DNA of 64,000 bases from Bigelowiella natans CCMP2755 (Eukaryota; Protista; Cercozoa): positions 1-64,000 of the forward strand of contig ADNK01002059.1 of the NCBI GenBank assembly GCA_000320545.1, in the 5' to 3' direction. The position numbers and the translations under genes were made by a program. The notes under the pieces were generated by a model. The model was given only the letters and a program-made list of their open reading frames with translations. It did no database searches and was not told the origin of the DNA. The number at the start of each line of letters is the position of its first letter. Position 1 is the stretch's first letter. Below are positions 12,142 to 26,201 of this stretch, piece by piece.

Positions 12142-14071
12142 TCAGCATCTTGGTTGCCGTGATGAGGCGATGCGACAGGGGAGGGAGGGGGACGAAATCT
12201 GTTCCATTCTGCGGCCTGGACCAGCCTCAGGACCTTTTGTTTCTGCTGTCTTGCTGCTGATCCGAAACATGGCGCAAAAGTGCCGCTGCAGTGCGTGAAT
12301 TCTTCTGAGTTCACGCACTGCGTTGGTTTTGGTGGCGACAGGTGTGCCATTCAGTCTGACTAGACGCCAGCCTCGCCGCACGCCGACGTTCCTCGCTTGA
12401 TCATGGGTCTGGACGACAAAGTTGCGTCTGTCCAGCTTGCACACGCCCCGGTCGGCATCGAAGCGGTGAGTGTGTTTGGTGTCGGTCCCAGGGAGGACGC
12501 CTTTCTCGGCGTCCGAGGCACAACGACCGCACACCATGAAGCAAGGAAACACGACGTGGAGCCACGGCCCTGTCAAGACGGCCTCCAACCACAAGATCGT
12601 GCACAGACGGACTCCAATGTCCTGCGGCCATGTGAGCAGGGAAGCCACTACGATGTCCCAATCTGTTCCCTCTTTCCACACGGATTGCTAGATTGGTGCC
12701 CCAGCACAAGCACTGCAAAAGCACAGCCTGCTGAGACCACCACGCAAATCGCTGCGGCAACCAGGTCCCTCAATGTCCACTCATTGTGACACGGTGTGAT
12801 GCTAGATTGCACGAGGGTCGTCAGCCCGCAGCAGCATGCGACCGTTCTGGCACCGTTCTCTTCCGCATCCAACGGGCCTGTTCTCCAAGACTGACTCGCT
12901 TTGGCTTGGGATCTAGTCCTCCTTTTGCTCTCGTTTGCTGACATGGAACCGGCGGGCGCGCCAAAGCTGGTTGTGGTGCGCAAGAACAACACGTCATGGT
13001 TGCTGTCAACCTCATCTAGACACCGTGTCCCGCGTGAGCTCTCTGCGCTACTCGATGCTCCTTGGCCTGGATCGTCAGCCTCCGCGGACTGCATGACCAG
13101 GGTGCTCTTGAAGGCTTGTGCACTTTGCAACCTTTTGCACCTCCTACCTGCATTCGCTCCGACCAACCCTGCTTCCACCCCGACGGCCCCCGACGCGGCT
13201 GCAGCAGCAGCTGTGTTTCTCTGGTCAGCCGCCAAAATGCCCTCATCTTTGTTCTTCCTGTTCCTGTCATCATCATCATCATCATTGTCACCGTCGTCTC
13301 CTTCTCCAACACGGTCTTGGTCCATGTCGTTGCCCTCGGCATCATCCTCGATCTGCAAATCAAAATCGTGTTCCATTTCTCCCATGAGCACGGAAACGAC
13401 CCAGAAAAACCAAGGCATCGCCGCCACGAGGCCAAGCGGCGTGAATTCCATTCTGAACTCCTTCGGTGTCTCTCGTGAAAACATGGATGCGACCAGGAAT
13501 GGCAGTGGAAACCCAATGAACAATGCCACGACGGCCACTGCGACGTTTCCTCGAATGAATCCGAGCTTCTGTTCTGTTCCTAGCAGGAGCGCGCACACGG
13601 CAGCCGCGTTGAGAATGAGAAGGGCAAGGATCATGACTCGTTTTTTCGAATCGATGCAGTCCCCGGGCATTCGGACGAAGATGGACATCCAGGGGTGTCT
13701 TCTTCGGACGGCAAGAACCATGGATTTTTTCCAATTAGCGGCTGAACGAGCTAGCGAGGTTCCTCGAAATGCAGTTTGCGTGATTGGTTGAGACTCCGGT
13801 AGAACTCCCGCTCGTTTCTCTCAACGGCTTCTTTGGTCGCAGCCGTGCTCTTGTCATGGAACATGACCGTGACGAAGAGAGCTGCAAGCAACCCGAAAAG
13901 GATGACAGCCAATGCCATGGTAGCGCTTTTCATCGGGTTGTGAGCACTGGTGTTTTTGAGGTCGGTCGCTGAGATCGTGTTCACTTCCACTTGAAACGCC
14001 ATGCTGCGACATGTTGTTGTTGCATTGGGGTTGCAATGGGCACAATGTAGCAAAAGATGGAAGAGATTCAT
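12142..14071 (-). pseudogene. Polycystin-1-like (PKD/REJ family) multi-pass membrane protein remnant
   Basis: Frameshifted ORFs 13751-14071, 12648-13721 and 12142-12681: GPS-like segment then a TM helix, RRRHPWMSIFVR..D...SKKRV plus TM pairs, and an acidic loop. Almost Tyr-free. Confidence 0.55.
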
Positions 14072-14216
14072 CGTGAGCTGAGGAAGCTCTCGCTGAAAAT
14101 GAATTCTTCAATTGATTCTCTGGAGAAAATCATGCGTCGTGCAGATGCACTCGACCTTGCCTTGTGGGTGCATGAGACAATTTTGATGCTGCACAAACCA
14201 TTGAACCTTCGAAAAC

Positions 14217-15800
14217 TTGAATCGAATTAGGAAAAGGTTTCTGTGCAAGAACCCCAACAAAAGCATCATTTGCCGACAAAGTGTTGTTGAGGTGGTCCGC
14301 AAAAGCCTTTCAAGCCTGGACGCAATCGGACAGAAGCGTGGCAATCACACCGCTGGAGCCTCGTGCGTTGATGGCCTCGCGTTGTTGCGTTCTCTCGCGT
14401 ACCTGGATCCGAAAAACATTCCATTGGAGTTGGTCTTTCTACCAACGGTCGACACATCGCCCAATCAGAGTGAGGATTGCCAGGAAGACAAGCAGAAAGA
14501 TGAAGAGCGGTTGCTCTCTGGCAGTGAGACTGAAAATGACGATGAGACCATGATGAAGCTCACGGTCGCCAGGAAGAATGGGCTGCAATGCTCCAGCACG
14601 GAACCCGGCTCATGGTGCACAAATCCCACAAAACAGAACACAATTGGCGACTAGCCAAGACTTTGGGACAGGCCTGCAATGTTGCATGCCTTCATGACAA
14701 AGCTTTGAGTTGGTTCGAAACAAGTGCCAAACTAGCTGAAGCTGATTTAGCATCCGGTGCGTCAAAAAAAGAAAAAGAAACAGAAACAGCTGGCATCTGC
14801 AACAACATCGGCTCAGTGTGCGAAAACATGGGGAAGTACCCGGAGGCGCTCGCGGAATTCGAAAAGGCACTCACGATCAGGTTGGCGGTTCATGGCACGG
14901 AGAAACCACATCCAGATGTGGCTGAGAGCCACAACAAGATCGGCGATGTTTGCGACAGCATGGGAAAGCATCCGGAGGCGCTCGCAGAATCAAAAAAGGC
15001 ACTCACGATGAGGTTGGCGGTGCACGGCTCAGATGAACCACATCCAGATGTTGCTGATGGCTGCAACAACATCGGCTAAATCTGCGACAGCATGGGGAAG
15101 TATCCGGAGGCGCTCGTGGAACACAAAAGGGCACTCAGGATGAGGTTGACGGTGTGCGGCTCAGATGAACCACATCCTGATGTGGCTGATGGCTGCAACA
15201 ACATCGGCTCAGTGTGCGACAATGTGGGGAAGTACCCGGAGGCGCTCGAGGAATTCGAAAAGGCACTCACGATGAGGTTGGCGGTGCACGGCACGGAGAA
15301 TCCCCATCCGGAAGTGGCTGACAGCTACAACAAAATGGGCGATGTGCATGAAAGCATGGAGAAGTACCCGGAGGCGCTCGCGGAATTCGAAAAGGGTTTC
15401 GCGTTGAGGTTGGCTGTGCACGGCAAGGAGAAACCACATCCGGATGTGGCCGAGAGCCACAACAAAATGGGCGATGTGTACGAAAGCTTGGAGAAGCACC
15501 CAGAGGCGCTCGCGGAATTCGAAAAGGCACTCAGGATCAGGTTGGCAGTGCACGGCAAGGAGAAAGCACGTCCAGATGTGGCTGAGAGCCACAACAACAT
15601 CGGCTCAGTGTGCGAAAACATGGGGAAGTACCCGGAGGCGCTCGCAGAATTCGAAAAGGCACTCACGATCAGGTTGGCGGTTCATGGCACGGAGAAACCA
15701 CATCCAGATGTGGCTGAGAGCCACAACAACATCGACGTGTTCACGACAGTGTGGGGAAGTACCCGGAGGCGCTCGCGGAATTCCAAAAGGCCCACAGTGT
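14217..15800 (+). pseudogene. Kinesin-light-chain-type TPR repeat protein (NB-ARC/TPR-like C-terminal part), pseudogene
   Basis: LALLRSLAYLDPKNIPLELV (winged-helix-like segment seen in NB-ARC-TPR proteins) followed by about 7.5 x 132-bp (44-aa) TPR units from 14801. In-frame TAA at 15077 and a frameshift near 15735. Confidence 0.85.
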
Positions 15801-17825
15801 GTTCTCTGCTTGCAAGATGCGTGATGAAACTTTTCAGTGCAAGACTGTGATGTCATCACTCATTTCAAAATGCAAAAAACAAAGAAAATGAAAGGAGGGT
15901 GGGAAGAATGAAACCGGAGGAGACACATCACCGCAAAAGTGTGAGTCAAAAAAGGGGGAAGGGGAAGATTGTTGTGGAAAGAAACAAAGATGCAAAAAAT
16001 CAGCATGCACATGTGCAAGAAAATGATCTCATGGTCACCAGAAGACATGAACAACGTGTGGTCAGTCCAGGCCACCAAGACACGTTGTGTGCGCATGTGC
16101 ATGCATGTGCATGACTAGATGATGGCATGTGTGCAATTTGAAACATGCTGTGAATCAAACACTGCAGCTCCACCAAACAAATGCAGGGGCATTGGGCCGT
16201 GATGTCAGAATTCGCTAGAAAACATGACTGCACTTTGTGCTCATGTTCGCAAGCACGCATGTCAGCACTTCTCACAAGTCCGTCAAACCCGGTGACGACG
16301 GGGTTGTGAACAGTGCAGCGCTTTGCGACGCGATGTGAAGAATCAGGCAGTTGCAGTTGGTCAAAGAAAAGTCATCAGAACTTGTCCGATGGCCAAACCT
16401 CAAAAAATGACCGAAATGTTGACCAAAATGTCCATTTTCAAGGTCTCAAAGTGTGAAAATTCACACCCGTTGTGCAGCGGATGCACGCTGCGCGTTTGTT
16501 CTCTGCCACATTTTGAATGCTTTTGCGTGTGCGTTTGACCAAATGTGACATGCACGAAAAATTTCAAAGAAATGCGAGCAAATCCAACGTGTCCATTGCA
16601 TCACATGACGCGCTTGGTCGCGCGCAAAAGCTTCCAAATGCACATTCTGGCGATTCGTTGCAGGTTTGACGGACTTGTGCTAGATTTGCATTGCGTGGCT
16701 TGTTCGCCTTGCATGTCACAGTTGTGCATCACAAGCACCGCAAGCTCAAGGCAACGAATTGATGTGCACACAATCGCAATGTCGCACACACGCTGCACGA
16801 TGTGCTGCGACACTCTGGTGCTGCTCAGGCATGCTAGCATGGCACACATCTGCTGCACTCACACATCACGCAACAACATGATGAAGTTAATGATCTAGCT
16901 GACAGATGTGCACATGCATGCGTGTGTACATGCATGCACACAACTAGATGAATGCACACATCACACACACACACACACACACACACTCACTCACACACAC
17001 TCACACATCTCTTGACAAAAGTTGCTTATCATTTGATGACTACGTACATTTTGGTAGACATCATGGAACATGAGCTCCCTCCCCCATCACTGCAGTGAGA
17101 ATGATGCATGCTGTCGTCATCTAACCCCGTTCGCACCCGCTGGGGCAAGGCCACTCACATCATCAACATGCTGAGTCGGCAGCAGCGGCTGCTGTGTTGT
17201 TTCATCGTTGCGACTCCCCGTGCTCCTTCTTCGGCCGACGGATTGATACATTCCCTCCCCAGAGACCTCTGTTAGTTCTCCTTCCTTCTCCGCGACAGCT
17301 GCTGCTGCTGCCGCCGATGCGTTGGCGTTGGTCATTGCCCAAGAGTACCAAAGTCCACCTGTGTGCAGACAACGGTGAGGCGGTCTGTGCTCGATCGCAT
17401 GACGTTGAAATAAGTGGGTTGGCTAAAGCAAAATGCACGTAAGAAACGCTGTGCTTTCTACAGTGAGAGGGTTTTCCCGTTGAATGATTTTTGGTCAAGA
17501 AACAAGTCAGGGTTGGCGTGATGAACGCTCCCGGTGGGTCCAAACAGGGGATTGGCAATGATCGCTCATCACACGTTGTGCAAATCAATTGTGTGGACAT
17601 TGATGGCAACTTCGTGCAAGCTGGCATGGCGGCGCGTGCGAATGAGATTCATCAGGTGGCTGGCATTCAACACGATGCACGCGTGCCTTGGCAAAAGACT
17701 AGTTTGATTCACATCACAGAAAATTCACACAGTTTGCAAGCTTTCATCATCGCAGCGATGTGGATCTAGTAAACCCTTCGTTGGACCGGAGAGACACCCC
17801 CAAGAAAGCAGGCAATGTGCGGCAG

Positions 17826-19930
17826 TCACACTCCTGTGTCATCAGAGTCCGAGTAGCTGGAGGTGAAACCCTTCGCTGTGTTGGGCACATCTTTCGGATC
17901 GACTCGATCTGAAGACTTCAATTGTTTAGATCTTCCTTTCAACGAAGAAACCATCTTCAGAACAGCTGGATTTACAATCAATTTGGCACTTGCTCGTGAT
18001 TTTTTCCTACGTTTATCTTGCTCTCGCAATATCTTATGAGAAGTTACGTCATCATCGATGTCAACAGAGGAGATCGTAGAATCTCCAGCCGTAGCTGCAA
18101 TCTTGCGTAGTAGTTCACGTTTTTGCAAAGTGTTATCTCCTAAAAAGCCTTTAGCAAAACCGTCGGATTGCATTAATCCGAGGGCTTTTCGCATCTGATC
18201 ATCATAAAAAATAAAATGTGGGATACCGCCAAAAACACCATACTACTAAATACACACCTTCGCCTCTTTGTCTGCTCGCTCTTCCTGATCACATTTTTCA
18301 ACCATCTAGATAGGTATCAGTAAGATGATACAACATTAAGATACTAGAGTTAACTTATAGAATTACTCTGTTAACAGACAACAGACCTCGCACATCTTTC
18401 GCCAAGTTTCATCATCTGGAAGACTCTTCTCAGGTTCTGGTGTATAACTGCCACATAGTGAAATTCAACGATGTCAGCGGTGAAATTATGGCCTTTTTAA
18501 TACAAATATGTAACAACAGAAAATACACTAAACGATAAATGGTAATATTATTCCTCTTTGCAAAGATGCGGAAATACGATTTTCTATCTCATTTTGCCAC
18601 ACAACTGTCCAACCTGTGAGGAGTACTAGCTTCCTCTGATTCTGGAAGTCCATATTGTTTCTGCAGCATTACATTTCAAATACTGGAACTATCATTTGCA
18701 TTGATATCCTATAACAATAAGGACTAACCCTAATGTCCTGAATCTTTCGTCGGGTTTCTGTCGCAACCTCACTTGCAGCGGATGCGTCTCCACACGCACT
18801 ATTCAATGCCATCTAAATAGGAATATACCTGCTCATTTTTATCGTTCTAGACCAAATTTATGCAAGCGATTATTTTCACGATAACCTCCAATACTACTCC
18901 GAATCAACCAAAATTACCATGAATAAACGTAAGAATCGATAATACTGTCTCCTATCGTGTTTCCACCTCAATCTCATATTTTGGATCAGCGACCTCTTCG
19001 TATGTCTAACCACAAGTCGTACCACATTGGAAATTCTTATTAGATGCAAAGTGAGCTAGAAGGCAACAGATATTATTAGCAATGATATACTAAAGACTAT
19101 TTTTATTCTGATATGACTTACACACTACAATGTTAATTTTCAAGATCCCTCAAAGAGACAAATGATAACTGTGTTGGAAAAATTAATTCCATTCCACAGG
19201 GTTGTAACTAAGAGTTACGCATGGTTGTTCAAAATTGGACTATTGATTAAAAAATCATTATCATTGTTTTTTTGAGCTACTGATGATTCCAGATACTTTT
19301 TACTTCCACTACACTACTACTACTATTACTACTACTATTACTACTACTACTACAACTACTACTACTACTGCTACTACTATTACCTCTCCTCCACTTCTCC
19401 ACTCCCTTATCGTTACTCTTCTTCCCATGGGGTTAACAGAAGGATGATTTGCTGTGCTACTTTTTGTGGTGGTGGTGGTGGTGGTGGTGGCTTTACTGGT
19501 AGAACTGGAATGGGAAAGAGAAGGAGGAAGAGAAGGAGGAGGCACTCCCAGTGTTGCAGCAGCAGAAATACAACTATTGTTGGTTGTAGAAACTGCTGTA
19601 GCAATAGCTAACCCATTTTCTACTTCACAACCACCACCGCCACCACCATAACTATTACCACAGGGGTCACTACTACCGTTTGAACTCAGCAAATTGGCAG
19701 CAGAGAGTAGCGGAGGAGGAGGAGGGGGAGGAGCAGATACAGGAGAAGATGATATTTTACACCCCCTTTTGATGGTGTCATCAGCGTTTTTTATCGTTCT
19801 TTTTGATGATTCAACATTGGAGGCAGCATCTCGTAATATGAAATTCCCATTTGCGAGCCTGGGTATGATATCATTCGGTGGACGGAATTTCAAAATCAAA
19901 ACAGTAGATGAGATTCATTTATGATTTTTG
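17826..19930 (-). CDS. Hypothetical multi-exon protein (5' end uncertain)
   Basis: Last exon 17826-18194, short upstream exons with GT-AG boundaries (about 18258-18306 and 18388-18448), and a low-complexity ORF at 19309-19899 that may or may not belong to the same gene. Confidence 0.5.
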
Positions 19931-20265
19931 CAAAAAGATCCTTCTGTGTTCTCCGAATTGAAATGGCTATTTTTCTCCGCAGTTGAGCAATGATTATCGT
20001 TTAGAAAAACCCTTTTTAGGTACTACTTACTGACCTCCCCCCCCCCGCTCTCCGTCCTCTTCTTTCTCACCCTTTATTATCCTTCTATCCTCCTGATAAA
20101 AACAAGAATAGTACCTTTTGAAGGCAGTGCCATTAACTATTCTAATAGTCCCACTTCCTTCGGATCCTTGCCAACCTAAAAATAACATCAACACACCATT
20201 ATCTTGGTATACTACCCATCTCTATCATTGACAAGTTCTCTTCAAACTGTATCTTGAAGGTATCG

Positions 20266-20304
<39 letters not shown>

Positions 20305-20819
20305 ATATTATTTCTTTCTCTCTCTCTCTCTGCGTTTGTGTGTGTGCCCAAATTTTCCATTGATGTAATATGTACTTTCCTTGAATATCATGCGATGTTC
20401 TTGGCAATGATGACTTTATTGCCATCGTTCATTAACTTGAAGCAGGAAAATAAATCGTAGTCGTACAATTCACGTGACTGTGACTACGTAGGTTGTGGTG
20501 ACTGACTCACCATCTCGCAGTCCCTCCTCAATCCGTGCATTTTCATACTTAATTTGTTCCACTAGTTTTTCGTCGCGCAATATAGGCTGCTATTATACCA
20601 AGTTTTCATCGTACGAGTACAACTTTTTGATAAAACCAGTTCTTTTTTTTAAATAAAAAATGCAGTAGCTCTATATTATGCTGTCAAATTTTATAGGTAA
20701 ATACTAGAAGGCAGGAAGCAACAACATATAGCCACGACGGTTAAATGGTACATTATTTCATTATCAAACCGACCATCGCATAAGTTACTGCATACTTATA
20801 TCTAACATAACTGCTCTTT

Positions 20820-22080
20820 ACACCTTCGCAGAAGAGGCGATGTCGTCTTCTTGCTCCGAGGACGTAACAATCTAAGAAAGAGGTACAAGGAGATGGAATA
20901 GCGGGATAAATTAGCCGTATTTTTACTGAGTGATGGCAGATATCAAAACGTAGTTATGGCATCACTCTTCAATCTCCATCTTCATTCTTATATCACCGGA
21001 GTCGGAACATCGTCTTTCTTCTCGTCATTCAGGAGTGGGGCATGTGCAAATTTACGCTTTGGCGAATACTCCCTTGTTCCTCCTCCTCCTCCTCCACCAG
21101 ATAATGACCTTGTAATCGATTCATCGATTATTTGCGCGAAATTATGATTTATTTCACCACGATAGCTATATTATACTATTAGCTACACCATGCAGTATCA
21201 TACTAACTATTTAGATCAGCATGAAGTAAGTCCTATGAAGTTAATATCGATACCTTATTCGACATTATAAATTTAGTTAATTGTGTTCGTAGTTAGTTCT
21301 ATCATTATCACCTAATGAAACGCTGTCTTCGATGCTGTCTTTGGGGATATACTCTTCTCCAGATTTCCCCGTCTCGATACTGTAGCATTGGTGGCTGTGG
21401 CGATGATGGCGATAAGGAAGAAGGCAATAACATTAATACGTCGTCCACGTTATCTTGGTTCTTCTTGTGCAATATTCCATAACTATACAGCCCCTCTTTC
21501 TGAAGCAGCTTACTCCTCAGCCGTAGGAGATGATTATTGTCCTCCTTTCCGATGTCCTTGCTCCCTAAATTCAAGATAGTTAACAACCGAGACTTGTCTA
21601 GGTAGGAATTCGTTGTTAGTTCTTCATGGATCACCTTTGCAGACACACACAGAATTTCCAAGTAGTGGCGACAATGACACGAAGAACAAGAGGGACTCCA
21701 TTTGGAGTTGGTTAAAGGTAGAAGAAGTGCTGTGGTGGTGACGACGGGGATCTTTGGTGCATGGCGGTTGATAGCATCTGCTCAGTTCTACTTCTTTCCA
21801 ACAACGAACACCAACTTCCGTTAGGACTGTCTTTTCACCGCATCGGTTGATGTGATGATGGCCCTGCAGATCATGTTCGGAAATAGTCTTTTCTTCTTCT
21901 TCTTCTTCTTCTTCTTCTTCTTCTTCTTCTTCTTCTTCTTCTTCTTCTTCTTCTTCTTCTTCTAGTCAGGTCCATTCGTTATCGTCGTCTGTCATTTAGC
22001 AGCGATTCGATTCGTCGGACCGACCTCCTCTCTTCTCAAGCATGACACCGAGTACTACTACTACTAAAGAGGTAGTAGTT

Positions 22081-22112
<32 letters not shown>

Positions 22113-23274
22113 TGTTGTTGTTGTTGTTGTTGTAGTGCTATAAATTCAGATATATCTAGTACGAAATAATTCCACAATTCGATCATCCTGCTGCTGCTGC
22201 TGCTGCTGCTTAGCAAATTTTCTTTATTGCTTTTTAGGCAAAAATGTATATGAGATATTTTGTCAAAAAAACTGATGTGTTGTTGTTGTTTGTTGTTGTT
22301 GTTGTTGTTGTCGTCGTTGTTGCTTTTGGTTGACGACGAACCCACCCCTGCGGAATCATCCTGCCAACACAGTAGCAGTTAGTTGCATGGTGCACAGTTT
22401 CCAAGTAGTAGCATCTCAACCACAACATAGTAGTAGTTAGTTATATGGTGCACAGTCAGTTTCCTAGTAGCATCTCAACCACAACACAGTAGCAGTTAGT
22501 TGTATGATGCACAGTTTCCTAGTAGCATCTCAACCACAACACAGTAGCAAGCACAGCTCGTAATAGTACCGAAAGAGATACTTCTCACTTCGTGTGCTGG
22601 AAGGTTATCCATCCATAGACAACTCTTGGCTACTCTGCCACATACAACTAAATTACAAATCTTGTAGTAACATGGTGATGCTTGTTCTTAGGAGAAGAGG
22701 ACTGTTGATGCCGTCGAAAATATTACAAGAACTTGATTTGTCAGCTCTGAAATTTAAGAAGCCTTAACGTTGCTGCTCAATCGAATCTTGTGATTCTTAT
22801 CACACCTGGAACAACCGCACTCGACGCCATTATCATTTAGCAGATACGGCATTCACAAAGATATCATAATCTAACCTAATTTCACTGCCACCACCAACTA
22901 CCACCGTGTGCGTCGAATCTGTCTCCAATTACTGTTACTGTTACTGCTCCAATGGTGGGGGGTAGCATACGAAGGAGGAGAGAGCTACACTTTACCGCCT
23001 ACCGTGCTCGCAGCAATAGTCCAACCACACATCGTTGTAATATGTATGTAATATCTCTGGTGCTCTTCCTGCTGGCTGCTTTCAACTCAAGCAGAGGTTG
23101 GTAGTTGTTCATTATATTGTGCGGTCTTCTCCAAGTAGCGAAGTGCCACGATAATACTTGTGTTTTTTGAGCTGCTGGGTTATAACACAGTAGTAGAGGC
23201 AATCGTTGGTAGATGATAAATCCCACTACAAACACGAAGCCGCATATTTTCTGTATGAATTTCATTTCTGACAT
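20820..23274 (-). CDS. Hypothetical low-complexity protein(s), microsatellite-rich
   Basis: Coding-like ORFs 21308-21661, 22064-22345 and 22999-23274 with trinucleotide tracts; gene structure not resolved. Confidence 0.4.
22365..22550. repeat. About 57-bp tandem repeat, 3 copies
   Basis: caacacagtagcagttagttgcatggtgcacagtttcc...tagtagcatctcaacca repeated three times with variants. Confidence 0.9.
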
Positions 23275-23299
23275 TCTTCGTCGTTACTATCATCGTTAT

Positions 23300-24141
23300 T
23301 GTATGATATTATCAAAGATCGGACACTGAAACCTGTTCTTCGAACTGATCTGAAGAAAAGATCTGTAAGTGATATAATAATGATGTTTATTTTGCAGCTA
23401 CGTACAAAAATTGCTAGTAATTCCACAATAATCGTCGTTCCTGTTTTCGTCTCTGTTAGGATACCAGTGTGAATGCCATCCCATCCGAGGCTAGAGCAGA
23501 CATAACTTCTCTAGGTTTGATATTCCCTGCGATAGATAATGAACCAGAGACTCATTACATTTTCAGAGCCGGACAAAAGTGTTTCGTTTGAATGCACAAG
23601 ATTTTTCCTTTTCTATTTCGGCAGCAATCTCTATCTACAACTAATGACAGAAGATATTAAGAAGTTGATTATAGAAAAAAATACCTCATTAAATTCAAAT
23701 GACGGTAATTTTTATGTGGAATAATACAAAACGACCTGTCAACACCACTATATATTTGGAAAATTCACAACTTAGCAATCTAACCAAAAGGCCGAAAGTA
23801 ATACTTTTCCATGACAATTTTTTCCGAAACAGAAAAGGGAAAATATTTGTCTATTAGAAAAGCTTTACCTCGAGTCTTTTCCTATATTATTTCCCTTTTT
23901 TGTGTTGTATTTAGTTCTGATATCTATTCCATTTTAGGTAATTATGTTATCACAATAGCCTTACCCGTTTTCGCATGTATAGCAGTTGAATAAACAACGA
24001 ATGTGCCACATTTTCAGGATGCTATTCGCTGAGACATTACCTATCTTTCAATTCAAGTGTAAGATGGTGAGTTCATAGATGAATTGATAACGACAATAAC
24101 AGCGACGACGACGACAACTACGACGACCAATTTAGCCGTAA

Positions 24142-24215
<74 letters not shown>

Positions 24216-26149
24216 TTATATAAATACAAATGTATACACTCTGTGTAAGATAGTAATATTTAAATATGGGCGTTTGTGTGGTGTGTGCATTTATATATGT
24301 GTGAATATATGTGTTTATGATCGTTTGTTGAAGACAAATACATGCACAAAGAAGCATAAATGTGTATCATTGATCATTGTGCATGTTTCAAATGTCTGAA
24401 AAATTTAATACAGTTATTCTTCATTTATGTTAGGTATGTCAAGATGATCAATGATGAGGTTGTGGAATTTATGCAAGATTTGTATTGTCAGTTGTGGAAA
24501 TGTAGAATCGTTTTACATTTAGGTGCTATCTTTGAGACCCGAAGGATTGAAAAGAAGGGTACTTTATCATAAGTACAGCAAGTTGTGATTTTCTCGTTGA
24601 TAATCGTGCCGATTTCACTGATATGTTATGCTACTTGCTTATTCGACTGTCAATACACAAAGATCGATTACAGCGGGCGGAAGCACGTTGTACTTAGGCA
24701 AAAAATTCAAAAGAATCTTGAAGATGGTGGGTTTTGACTTGATTTTTTATATTAATATGGTTATTACTTAGTTTCCATTATGGATAAAACTCTGGTTAAG
24801 ATAACATTGCATACAAAATACTAAGACTATGCTTTCGTTACCTTGTGTATGGAGATGATTCTTGTAGGTTTTTCGGTTTAACGTAAAAAAATATAGGATT
24901 TCATCATCTATCTATATTATCTATTTAAAATTTAAAATGTGTAGTAGTACAATCAATAAAAATAAAATTTAAAGCATCTATTATGTTTTTACGAAAAATA
25001 AAGTGTCTTATTTAGTACCAGTAAAATATGTATATGTATGTCTATATTTACACAAAAATATATTTTCATTCTACTGAGATTGTATGTCTCCTCAAGAATC
25101 TTGAAAATGATGATGTCCATATGAAAGGGTTTCGGCTTTCTAGATCTGCTTTAGTTCTTGGAGCATTTATACATAGGTTCAGTCACTATTTTCTTGAATA
25201 AAATGTATATTTGTGGACGAGTGATTGTTGAATATTTAAACTTCCTAGTCATTCTACGTGCTTTGTTGGCCACCGAGTATTGGAAATAGGAGCGGGATCG
25301 CAGGTATAGTATTGATAGTAGTTATATATTTGTTGTTTTGGCTGCTATAGCTCGATTAGTTAAGTATAGCACAATGAACGAGGTGATTGGAATAGCATGT
25401 AAATTATAAAGAACATGTAATTTTGTTGTATCCCTTCTATATATATATTTTTAATACTAAAGGGTGTCGCTGGGTTGGCTGCAAGCCATTATGCACGACA
25501 AGTGGTCTTCACTGACCAATTAGGTAGAAAATTGAGATGGAATATAGTTATACTACTTCCAGTAAATTTGTGTTGATAAAGTATATGGAGAGGGGATGTA
25601 AAACAATCAAAATATTAGAACAAACAATAGGTACGACTGCGAAGATGATAGAATGATATGAAGAACGAATATTTAAAAAATAAAGTAATTAAAATTTTGT
25701 ATCATGTAAGATGATTTTTGCCCCCCTCACCCCCCTTATATCAAGATTACATCAATAAGTCTGGATTTTCGGTGCATCTCTCTACACATATGTATAGTTG
25801 ATTATGAAAACTTTTTGGATATTTACCTTTCATTCTATTTAGACAACAAGTTGATGAGATACTTGGAAATAAATACTGAATCCAATTCACAGGTAATAAT
25901 AAAGAGTATATATCACTACTCATTAATCGATATAATTTTTGCAAATGTTGGGTTAGCAAATAGGCAAAAAAATGTGTGGGAACCAGAATCAACTAGACAC
26001 CTTATTTCAATACTTAAACAGAAGGCTACATTTGAATTATTTCTACTTTCTTCCAAATCTTCTTGATATTATTAATAATCTATGTTCTTATGAATGGATT
26101 CTTGGCTAAATAAACATTTTTCTCTGTTATATTGTGTACGTGTGTTTGC

Positions 26150-26201
<52 letters not shown>

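Larger units (their letters stand above)
10630..17830. other. TpA-depleted domain 2
   Basis: TpA is rare from just after 10625 to about 17830; survivors are mostly CTAG/GTAC/GTAG. Confidence 0.9.
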
